From sequence record OU343167.1: DNA of 64,000 bases, one strand, 5' to 3'. Both the position numbers and the translations under genes were made by a program. The notes under the pieces are model-generated. The model was not told where the DNA came from. It worked only from the letters and a program-made list of their open reading frames with translations, and made no database searches. Positions 49,982 to 58,028 of this stretch are shown piece after piece; position 1 is the stretch's first letter, and every line of letters starts with the position of its first letter.

Positions 49982-50419
49982 ATGTCGATGTATACCAAAG
50001 ACAACGCTGAACTTTACACCCACAAAGAAGATGGTGGTATTTACTACTACCATGGCTTGGCTCATGGTACCGGTGATCAACGTGGAGAACTGCTGCACAT
50101 CTACAGTGATTACTTCACTGACATGACGTACTACCGTAACCACACCTGGTCTACTCGGATGGAACGCGTTTCTGCTCCAGGGCTTCGTCTGAGTCGTTTC
50201 TTGCATCCACGTCTGTGGATCACCACTCTGATCGGTTTGATGATCATTATCATTACTCAGGTTGTTTTCGGCACCGAGTTCAATGCAATCACTCCCCAAG
50301 AGATTGTCGGTACAGCCGTCGCTGGTGTACTGGCACTGGGTCTTCCGAGTTTCATCCTGCACCAACTGTACAAGTGGAAGTACAGGAAACCTGTTAAACA
50401 GAAGTCCGAAGCGGCATAA
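49982..50419 (+). CDS. DUF1653-like SH3 domain fused to two TM helices
   Basis: LYTHKEDGGIYYYHGLAHGT...LHIYSD...YYR resembles DUF1653 (YRHYKG..Y.V...A...E..VVY). Confidence 0.5.
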   Translation: MSMYTKDNAELYTHKEDGGIYYYHGLAHGTGDQRGELLHIYSDYFTDMTYYRNHTWSTRMERVSAPGLRLSRFLHPRLWITTLIGLMIIIITQVVFGTEFNAITPQEIVGTAVAGVLALGLPSFILHQLYKWKYRKPVKQKSEAA

Positions 50420-50672
50420 AAGGAAATCCCCATTGGCCGCTAAACCAATGGGGTTCCAAACAGTGCATTCGCGACTACACTGTCAGCAGGTGTCGTCCAA
50501 GAGAACTGCGGATTAGCTACTTACCCCTCGTGGGCATTTTCACTAGCAGTATTATAACAACACCGTACGTTCTGAAAAGATTAGCCCTCCTGTGCAACCA
50601 GGAGGGCTATATGTCGTCAAGTTTAAGCTTGACTTTTTGCCCAAATGGGCCCACTTGCAGAGGAGACTCCTA

Positions 50673-50939
50673 ATGAAAGTCTTTGAAACAAGTTCCAGAC
50701 CAGATCCCCACCACGGGTACTTGACTGGTCTAGAGGTAACAGCATTCAATGGTAAGCCGATCGTCTATGGGCGAAATGAGCAAATCAAAGTTGCTGTATA
50801 CGATGGTAAGATGTTCCTTGGTTACATTGGCAATGGTCAGCTTGTAAGCAAGCTTTCCGATGCTAAATGGATTAACGGATCATCGAACTATCATATCAAG
50901 TCTAACTCCAGTAATCTTTTGTTTACTAGAGCAGCTTAA
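50673..50939 (+). CDS. hypothetical protein
   Basis: ATG 50673 with GAGGAG RBS, 88 aa. Confidence 0.65.
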   Translation: MKVFETSSRPDPHHGYLTGLEVTAFNGKPIVYGRNEQIKVAVYDGKMFLGYIGNGQLVSKLSDAKWINGSSNYHIKSNSSNLLFTRAA

Positions 50940-51325
50940 CCTCAATTGCCCTCTTCCTTGTGGAGAGGGCTTTACTTAGTTTATTTTTTTTTTGTTGATT
51001 TAGAAGTTTTACTTGGGTGTTTAATGAATCTGTAGAACGAGGAAAAGGTACCTCCGGAGGAGGGGGTTTTATTTAGTAATAAACAATACCGAAGGTATTT
51101 CCTTATTCTAATTATAAACTTCTTTAATCCTTATTCCTGCTTTTACCCGAAGGGGATCTAACGGAGGCGATGCCCAAACATCGCCATACCAAATGAATTA
51201 AGCTTTAAAAAACAACACAGTCGCCTTGCCTCTCAGGAGCCTCTACACGACATTTCTAATATTAAGTGTCACCATGTTAGGCTTTATCTCTAATATCTCT
51301 ATAAACGCGTTGTAGAGCCTTTTAC

Positions 51326-51356
51326 GGCATAAAGCTCCCCGAAGGGAGCAGTATGT
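51326..51356. terminator. hairpin terminator of leftward operon
   Basis: GGCATAAAGCTCCC-CGAA-GGGAGCAGTATG (TTCG loop on minus strand). Confidence 0.75.
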
Positions 51357-51757
51357 TAGGTCTTACGTTCTTCGAGATAGTTAGTCAACATCGCCTGGCC
51401 TTCCTGGCATGGATCTGTATCAAAGAAGTATTTAGAGTAGTTAGATACATCTACTGATATAAAATCACCATCTGGACAAGGTGCAGCTTTCTGGAGAATG
51501 TCGATATGCAGATGATGACTAAAGAACAGAGATGCTCTATACCTCTCTCCTTTCTCCATGATCTCGTTGGCCGACATGGTGAGGAAGTCTACATCCATTC
51601 CTTCTAATGCATTGATAAACAGTTTTGCTATCTCAAAGCGGACCTTATAAAGATTTTGGGATGCCACATGTACCAGAACAGAAGTACCGTGACGTTGTTG
51701 TAGATTGAAACGAAGGTAACCCTTTAGGTTATCGATAAGTGCGTCAATACAACTCAT
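51356..51757 (-). CDS. hypothetical protein
   Basis: 133 aa downstream of helicase. Confidence 0.65.
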   Translation of the reverse strand: MSCIDALIDNLKGYLRFNLQQRHGTSVLVHVASQNLYKVRFEIAKLFINALEGMDVDFLTMSANEIMEKGERYRASLFFSHHLHIDILQKAAPCPDGDFISVDVSNYSKYFFDTDPCQEGQAMLTNYLEERKT

Positions 51758-51817
51758 GATATTTACTCTTGTGAATTTGTGAATAAAGCCTTCCCCTAAG
51801 GGAAGGCATTTATGTCG

Positions 51818-53356
51818 TTAGATAGACCATGCGTCAGAATCGAGATCACCGCCAATTACAGACCCAGGAACAACTTTCAGAGAATAATCTTCCTCTTTAT
51901 CAATGTCCCATGGAATCGTACCGATATTACTAAATGGTAGAAGAACATATTGGTCTTCTTCTGCCGTTACAGTGTTACGGTGTTTACCACGTTGAATAGC
52001 GAGATACGCTTTTCCTTTATGGCGGATGATGTGGTGGAACAGCTCAAGGTCAGGTTCCTGACCCAGACGACGACAACCATCGTAATAACCTTTGTTCGCT
52101 ACTACCTTAACGAAGTCCTCGGTATTTTCACGCATCAGTTGCAGTGCATCAGAACCAAGCTGATGAGGGCTGATGAAAGTGATACCACGAGGAGTAGTGT
52201 AGTTACGCATGCGACGGAATAGAAGACGAATATCGTCACCTGCTACTTTAGCATCAAGTCCTGTCTTAGGTAGCATGTTCAGATAGTCAACTACCAGGAA
52301 TTGAATCTCGTATCCCTGTCCCTGAAGACCATCTAGATAGTTAGTGAAACCACCAATTGTAAATTCAGTGGGGTCGAATCGAACCATCTTAACTTTAAAG
52401 CCATTCTCTTCAAGGCGCGCACAAACATAAGCAGCAGCTTCACGTTTATCGATATCTTTGACAATGACTTCTTCACCCGTTTCGTTTTCACGGATGTATT
52501 TGTAAATAGTCAGAAGGTTATCAGAGATTTCGTTTTCAAGGGTTGCAAATAGAAGAAGAGGCTTCTTCGATTTATCACGCATCCATGGCTTATTAAACAA
52601 TGCGACATGTACAAACAGTAACATAACCAGATACGATTTAAAGTTATGTTGTAGAGCTGCGGTGGTAATAAACTCACCACGACGGAAAGCACCTAGGCTA
52701 CCCAATACACGGTTGAAACCTTTCCAACCTAGTTTGAAAGCACCATCGGCAGACAAAGTAGTTTGTACAGCTTCGAAGAATTCTTCTACACCTTCCGGGT
52801 TGTCAAAATCAAGGCAACCCATTTCAGCGGGATGTCGACTTTCAGCACGAGCCTTTACATAAGGATCGAGCTTAGCCCCCATCTCGTTGATCATACCAGC
52901 GATATCATTACCGCCACCACGGTTAAACAGAAGCTTAGTGGAATACTCTTTCATAATCGCTTTAATAGTTTCATCATTGATGTATTCATTAAGCGAACGA
53001 CGATAAGAGTTGATCCGGTGCATGATAGCCATCCCATCTGGGAAGTTTTCATTAACACCATTTAGTACAGCTTCGTAAAGATAGTTCTCTTCACGGCAGC
53101 TCACTTGCACAGATTGTAGTACTTCAGCGATACTTGGAAATTCGTGCTTAACTTTCTTATTGAGATCTTGAACAAGTTTACGAAGCTCAAGAAAAGTTTG
53201 TCGACCATGATCATGATCAACAGTAGTCTCTTTAATTTCAAGTGAACCAACAATTTTATCAATTAGTTCAGTAGACGGAGAGGCCGGAGAATCTGGGCGG
53301 TGCTCCAAGCAAAGCAGGGTAACGCAACTGACAAGAAGCTGTTTTGGGGAGGACAT
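51818..53356 (-). CDS. dnaB: replicative DnaB-like (SF4) helicase (phiKZ gp118-like)
   Basis: 512 aa; GAFRRGEF then AALQHNFKS (Walker A region), TLENE, LVVDYLNML (Walker B), ISPHQL, GKHR arginine finger. Confidence 0.9.
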   Translation of the reverse strand: MSSPKQLLVSCVTLLCLEHRPDSPASPSTELIDKIVGSLEIKETTVDHDHGRQTFLELRKLVQDLNKKVKHEFPSIAEVLQSVQVSCREENYLYEAVLNGVNENFPDGMAIMHRINSYRRSLNEYINDETIKAIMKEYSTKLLFNRGGGNDIAGMINEMGAKLDPYVKARAESRHPAEMGCLDFDNPEGVEEFFEAVQTTLSADGAFKLGWKGFNRVLGSLGAFRRGEFITTAALQHNFKSYLVMLLFVHVALFNKPWMRDKSKKPLLLFATLENEISDNLLTIYKYIRENETGEEVIVKDIDKREAAAYVCARLEENGFKVKMVRFDPTEFTIGGFTNYLDGLQGQGYEIQFLVVDYLNMLPKTGLDAKVAGDDIRLLFRRMRNYTTPRGITFISPHQLGSDALQLMRENTEDFVKVVANKGYYDGCRRLGQEPDLELFHHIIRHKGKAYLAIQRGKHRNTVTAEEDQYVLLPFSNIGTIPWDIDKEEDYSLKVVPGSVIGGDLDSDAWSI

Positions 53357-53446
53357 TTGAACCGCATCCTTTTAGTAAAATTAAAATGATGTACCGTGTA
53401 TCATTTTTATCTTAAGTAATTTGTCACCAATTTAAGTATATATTCC

Positions 53447-53450
53447 TATG
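53447..53450 (+). promoter_or_regulatory. candidate late promoter TATG upstream of gp119-like gene
   Basis: AT-rich divergent intergenic region; phiKZ late promoters carry TATG at the start site and one is known upstream of gp119. Confidence 0.4.
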
Positions 53451-53493
53451 TAGACACTTAATAGCCTTGGTCCCACAATAGGTCAATACCCCG

Positions 53494-54030
53494 ATGATCA
53501 AGTTACTTGTAATCCCCGAAGCAGTCTATGATCAGTACAAAGCTGATGGTGTGCAGTTTACTAAGCTACTCTGCCCCAACTATATAGCTTCCGTAAGCTC
53601 GGTAAATGACCTTGCGGAGATCGACGCTGCAATTAATGAATTCCCATTCCGGTTCTGTCAGGGAACTCAGATCGAGAAGGCTGACAGTCCGGTTGTTGGG
53701 ATCGCCCTAAAGGCAACCTCCGACGACGATAATCAATTCAAGATGCAAGAATTGCACAATCGTGTAGAGGAACGTATTGTCAATATGGCTCTGCGTAAGG
53801 CAAATGATTCTGATTATATCAGTGTTTATAGCCTTTATCCTGTAGATGAGTATCTTTGGGTTGCGGTGCAGAAGAGTCTGCACACTGGTTCAAGCGATCC
53901 TGACCGGCTCACAATTAAGGCTAACCACACTTTCTTTGATAGTATGATTAGCGAGCTGACTAGAGCTTGCCCATTTGAGCAAGTAATGGCAACAAATCTC
54001 TTCACTTATTATCTGGAGTCACAAGGCTGA
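53494..54030 (+). CDS. conserved late protein upstream of capsid (gp119-like)
   Basis: 178 aa; synteny. Confidence 0.7.
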   Translation: MIKLLVIPEAVYDQYKADGVQFTKLLCPNYIASVSSVNDLAEIDAAINEFPFRFCQGTQIEKADSPVVGIALKATSDDDNQFKMQELHNRVEERIVNMALRKANDSDYISVYSLYPVDEYLWVAVQKSLHTGSSDPDRLTIKANHTFFDSMISELTRACPFEQVMATNLFTYYLESQG

Positions 54031-54101
54031 ATCCGGAAAATACCAGCTTTGATGACAAGATATTTGTAACATCCAAAACCCATCCTGCGTAGGAATAAAA
54101 C

Positions 54102-56327
54102 ATGAAAGACCTTAAATCTCTGTTCAAAGTGAACGGCGACCGCGACCTGACTCGTTTCTCCATGGAATCCTTCCTTGGTAAACTGGACCTGGAAAAAGAC
54201 TACGGCGACAGCATCCTGTCCGCTGGTAGCAAACTGATTAGTAAGATCGGTCTGGAAAACTTCGGCCAACTGAGCGACGAAGATGCTCAAAGTGCTGCTG
54301 GTATGTACGCTAGCCTGCAAAAAGTTGCCCGTCAGTGTGGCTTCGAATCCTTCGAAGGCGCTAACAGCCGTGTAGGCGAAAACCAACTGTCCGCTGCCAC
54401 CATGGCTGCCCTGGCAATGTCCAACTCCACTGAGTACGTTAAGGCTCTGAAACAAGTTGGTAAGAAAATTGCTTCCACTGACAAGAACGTCATTTCGGTT
54501 GAACACCGTTTCGACGGCCCGGCTGGTTCGATCCAAACTTTCGAAGCTGCTGCTGGCGTCGGTCTGGAAAACTACAACGAGAAATCCCAGCGTGACTTCC
54601 GCGTTGTGACCGTTGGTTATAACCTGGCCGCTTCCCGTCAGGATGAGTTCGCTGAGCGTATCTATCCGACCACCGTTATCAACCCGATTGAAGGTGGTGT
54701 TGTTCAGGTTCTTCCGTACATCGCGGTAATGAAAGACGTTTACCACGCTGTTTCCGGTCAGAAGCTCGACAACCAAGAAGTCAACATGGTTGAAGCCTAT
54801 CGTGATCCGTCCATCCTGGACGACGAGTGCACTGCACTGATCCCGGCTATCGATCCTGCTGGCACTAACCTGAAGTACTTCGCTGATCCGGCTCTGCTGC
54901 CTCCGGTAACCGTTATCAACGAACAAAACATGTCCATCGAAACTGCTCCGCTGAAGCCGGGCGTTAAACTGGACCTGATGGGTAACTCGAACGCCAACCT
55001 GCTGATCAACAAAGGCATGCTGGACATTTCGGATACCATCGATCCGTCGGGCCGCCTGAAGGCTCTGTACGTTAAGTTCCAAGGTAAAGTCATCAAGTTC
55101 CAAACTGAACGTCTGCCGCGCGCAGTGTTCCAGCCGGACCTGGTTGGTGATACCCGCGGTGCCAAGATCGACTTCTGGTCGGATGACCTGACTGTTTCGG
55201 CCGTAACCCGCACTACTGACGCTGCACAAACTGCTGGCATGAAAGAACTGGAACAACGTAAGTGGGTTCTGCGTCTGAGCATGCAATTCAGTGGTCACAT
55301 CAGCCTGAGCCGTGGCGATAGCCGTTTCACCATCGGTGAAGTAACTATCGATCGCATCCTGGACGAAGACAAGCGTCGCATCGACCTGGAAACTGGCGAT
55401 GGTAAAGCTCTGGCCGACAGCATTGGCGAAATGGAAATCGTTGGTTTCGACCTCGACACCCGCTTCACCAACACTAACCGCCGTCAGCGTGGTCACCTGC
55501 TGCAAACTCGTGCCCTGCAATTCCGTCACCCGATTCCGATGCATGCTCCGGTTACCCTGCCGCTGAGCACCATGGACGAAGAAGGTCCGGGCGAAGTTGT
55601 TAAGGCTCTGACTGTCAACACCAACATCCGTAACAGCAACAACGCTGTTAAGCGCCTGCTGAACTACCTGGCTCAGCTGAAAGAAGTAACCGCTAACGGT
55701 TTCGACCGTCCGCAGTTCGGTGCTGTTGAAGGTGCTCTATCCGCAGTAATGCGTCCGACCTACCGCTACAAGAAGCTGCACCTGCCTGACATGATCGACA
55801 CCCTGAAGTCGCAAGACCGTTGGGAAGACGTCTGCTCGGCAATCCTGAACGCTGTTAAAGGTGTACTGTTCCCGGCTTACCGTGAATCCAACATCGAAGC
55901 AGCTTTCCGCGTGATCTCCGGTAACCAAGACGAGCGTCCGATGTTCCTGTTCTGCTCGGACAAAGAGATCGCTAACTACCTGATGACCAAGGGCGACGAT
56001 CGTACCCTGGGCGCTTACCTGGAATACGACCTGGTATCGACCAACAACGAACTGTTCGACGGTAAGCTGGTAGTGATTCCGACCCGTAAGACTCCGCAAG
56101 AGAACGACATCCTCAGCTTCGGTCAATTCTACTACGTATCGACCGTAATCGCCGACCTGCCGATCACCCGTGGTGGCCAGCAAGTTACTCGCGAAATCGC
56201 TGCGATTCCGTTCAACCTGCACGTTAACAACATCCCGTTCGCTCTCGAATTCGACGTTACTGGCTTCGAAGAAGTGATGGGTGAGTCTCAGTGGAACAAG
56301 CCCCTGGTTGAAGCCGTAAAAGGTTGA
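54102..56327 (+). CDS. major capsid protein (phiKZ gp120-like)
   Basis: 741 aa, strongly biased codons; GLE-NYNEKSQRDFR maturation site; RQDEFAERIYPT. Confidence 0.92.
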   Translation: MKDLKSLFKVNGDRDLTRFSMESFLGKLDLEKDYGDSILSAGSKLISKIGLENFGQLSDEDAQSAAGMYASLQKVARQCGFESFEGANSRVGENQLSAATMAALAMSNSTEYVKALKQVGKKIASTDKNVISVEHRFDGPAGSIQTFEAAAGVGLENYNEKSQRDFRVVTVGYNLAASRQDEFAERIYPTTVINPIEGGVVQVLPYIAVMKDVYHAVSGQKLDNQEVNMVEAYRDPSILDDECTALIPAIDPAGTNLKYFADPALLPPVTVINEQNMSIETAPLKPGVKLDLMGNSNANLLINKGMLDISDTIDPSGRLKALYVKFQGKVIKFQTERLPRAVFQPDLVGDTRGAKIDFWSDDLTVSAVTRTTDAAQTAGMKELEQRKWVLRLSMQFSGHISLSRGDSRFTIGEVTIDRILDEDKRRIDLETGDGKALADSIGEMEIVGFDLDTRFTNTNRRQRGHLLQTRALQFRHPIPMHAPVTLPLSTMDEEGPGEVVKALTVNTNIRNSNNAVKRLLNYLAQLKEVTANGFDRPQFGAVEGALSAVMRPTYRYKKLHLPDMIDTLKSQDRWEDVCSAILNAVKGVLFPAYRESNIEAAFRVISGNQDERPMFLFCSDKEIANYLMTKGDDRTLGAYLEYDLVSTNNELFDGKLVVIPTRKTPQENDILSFGQFYYVSTVIADLPITRGGQQVTREIAAIPFNLHVNNIPFALEFDVTGFEEVMGESQWNKPLVEAVKG

Positions 56328-56436
56328 ACTGGAAAGGGTACCTTCCGTAAGCTTGAAAATGGTACTACCCGTTATCTTGAAGACGGAGTGGCCCGCCGCC
56401 TAGAGCGGTAAAGCGGAAGTGTTAAGCTGACTGCTG

Positions 56437-56476
56437 GCATAACAGCCTCTACCTTCGGGTAGAGGCTTTATGTCGT
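56437..56476 (+). terminator. capsid operon terminator
   Basis: GGCATAACAGCCTCTACC-TTCG-GGTAGAGGCTTTATGTC. Confidence 0.85.
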
Positions 56477-56488
56477 CATTAAAAAATA

Positions 56489-56513
56489 TTTCAAATCTAT
56501 ATTACGGTATTGA
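56489..56513 (+). promoter_or_regulatory. early promoter (TATATTAC 56498-56505)
   Basis: TTTCAAATC-TATATTAC-GGTATTGA upstream of operon containing nvRNAP subunit. Confidence 0.7.
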
Positions 56514-56543
56514 AGAATCATTCCCTAATTAGAGGATCAGACA

Positions 56544-57023
56544 ATGTTCTGGAATACACACGGGCATCATGTTGAGCAAGAGCTCACTGATTCCCAAATG
56601 AATCCTGGCGACATTGTCGTCATGAAAGAAAATACTACGGTTAGTAATAATACGTCTAACCAAACCAATTCTCAAACCACCACTACTATTCATCCTACCC
56701 AGGATGAGAATATGTCCCATTTTGCTAATCGCTTCGAGAAGCAAATAAGACATGTTAATATATCCAATGGCCGTTGTTATGAATCGGGAGGTACCCCTGA
56801 AGAAAAACAACGTTCGCGCAACACGCGGAAGGGTAAAGGTAAAACGCGTGTTGCGCATGGGAAACGTGGAGACAGAAATCATAGAGATTCGAAAGCATCC
56901 CAAACGAGTCGATATGAACCTAGTCAAGAACGGAGTAGGCCCAAAGGACGTAAAGTAGAAATGGTATTGGATAGGATTGTTTTAAATGGTAAAGATCAAC
57001 CGTTCCCGTGCGGGTCATATTGA
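56544..57023 (+). CDS. basic, low-complexity hypothetical protein
   Basis: 159 aa, GAGGA RBS; T/N-rich then R/K-rich. Confidence 0.5.
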   Translation: MFWNTHGHHVEQELTDSQMNPGDIVVMKENTTVSNNTSNQTNSQTTTTIHPTQDENMSHFANRFEKQIRHVNISNGRCYESGGTPEEKQRSRNTRKGKGKTRVAHGKRGDRNHRDSKASQTSRYEPSQERSRPKGRKVEMVLDRIVLNGKDQPFPCGSY

Positions 57024-58023
57024 GGACGATCCCGTACTGGAGTGTCCTCTTGACACATCGTACATGGACAGATGGCAGACATCTGTTTTCCAAAACATTT
57101 TCTTCGGTCAAGGTCTCGTCGATAAACGTGTACGTTACTTAAACCAGTCGACGCATGAAATAAGTATTATCGATGGAACAGGTATTGTCCTGGATCTACC
57201 GGGTACTAACCGTATTGAAAATAGACTTGTTATTTGTATCAACTTTACATGGGGTGGCGATGTAGAACTTAATATCGGAGCGATAATTAAACATTGGCCT
57301 AATCTCACTCAAGAATATCTGGAACAACTGGTAGGTTCTGTTAAGAACAAAGGAACCAACACGCCATGTGAACTGGATTTCTATTTCATTGTTGACCTTG
57401 ACCACATCGATACCGATCCTTATGGGCTTTGGATCGAAGCGCTCAACGTTCAAGTAGTTTCCACAGATCGAGCGAAGAAGACTACATTCTTCCCGCGCGA
57501 TTGTTTCTTCTCGAAGAACGATGAACTCTACCGTCAGGAAGATATCATCTGGACTACTACTACAACTGTTGCCTATTTCGTAGACGATGAGCGTATAACC
57601 GAAAGTGTATTTATGCCATTCGGCAGCGATCTACTTGAGGTAAAGCCTGTCTTCATGCCAGATATGCCTGTTGGTATTCATATTAACCTAAGGGGTAATG
57701 TGACATTTGCAGCACGACGGGATAATGCGAAAGCGATTGTTATCAAACCTGGAGACTTTAAGAAGTATGGCATCTATTCCAGTTTACGTGAATGGAGAGA
57801 AGCTGTAAAGGAAAGTACAAAAGGAATGTCAAAGGAAGATGCTCAGAGACGTATGGATTGTTTTGATATGTTCCATCGACATCTATACGACGAAGAACTC
57901 GAACCTTTGGCTGTGAGAGATATCATCCTGTTTAGGGATATATCAGTTGGAACTGTCGTGGACTTCTTAGCTGAAGTAGCCAAGGCAGATGCATTGCTCG
58001 AAAAGATATTCCGAAAGCGATAG
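56986..58023 (+). CDS. conserved hypothetical protein (gp122-like)
   Basis: 345 aa, AGGA RBS; synteny. Confidence 0.7.
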   Translation: MVKINRSRAGHIEDDPVLECPLDTSYMDRWQTSVFQNIFFGQGLVDKRVRYLNQSTHEISIIDGTGIVLDLPGTNRIENRLVICINFTWGGDVELNIGAIIKHWPNLTQEYLEQLVGSVKNKGTNTPCELDFYFIVDLDHIDTDPYGLWIEALNVQVVSTDRAKKTTFFPRDCFFSKNDELYRQEDIIWTTTTTVAYFVDDERITESVFMPFGSDLLEVKPVFMPDMPVGIHINLRGNVTFAARRDNAKAIVIKPGDFKKYGIYSSLREWREAVKESTKGMSKEDAQRRMDCFDMFHRHLYDEELEPLAVRDIILFRDISVGTVVDFLAEVAKADALLEKIFRKR

Positions 58024-58028
58024 GAGGG

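Noticed and set aside
48550-51355. tRNA genes in intergenic gaps
   Set aside because: No cloverleaf with TTCGA T-loop and acceptor stem recognised by eye; tRNAscan-SE would settle it
54009-55544. 511-aa antisense ORF over the capsid gene (also 55737..56222)
   Set aside because: Shadow of strong codon bias (few TTA/CTA/TCA codons on the sense strand); no RBS or recognisable motifs
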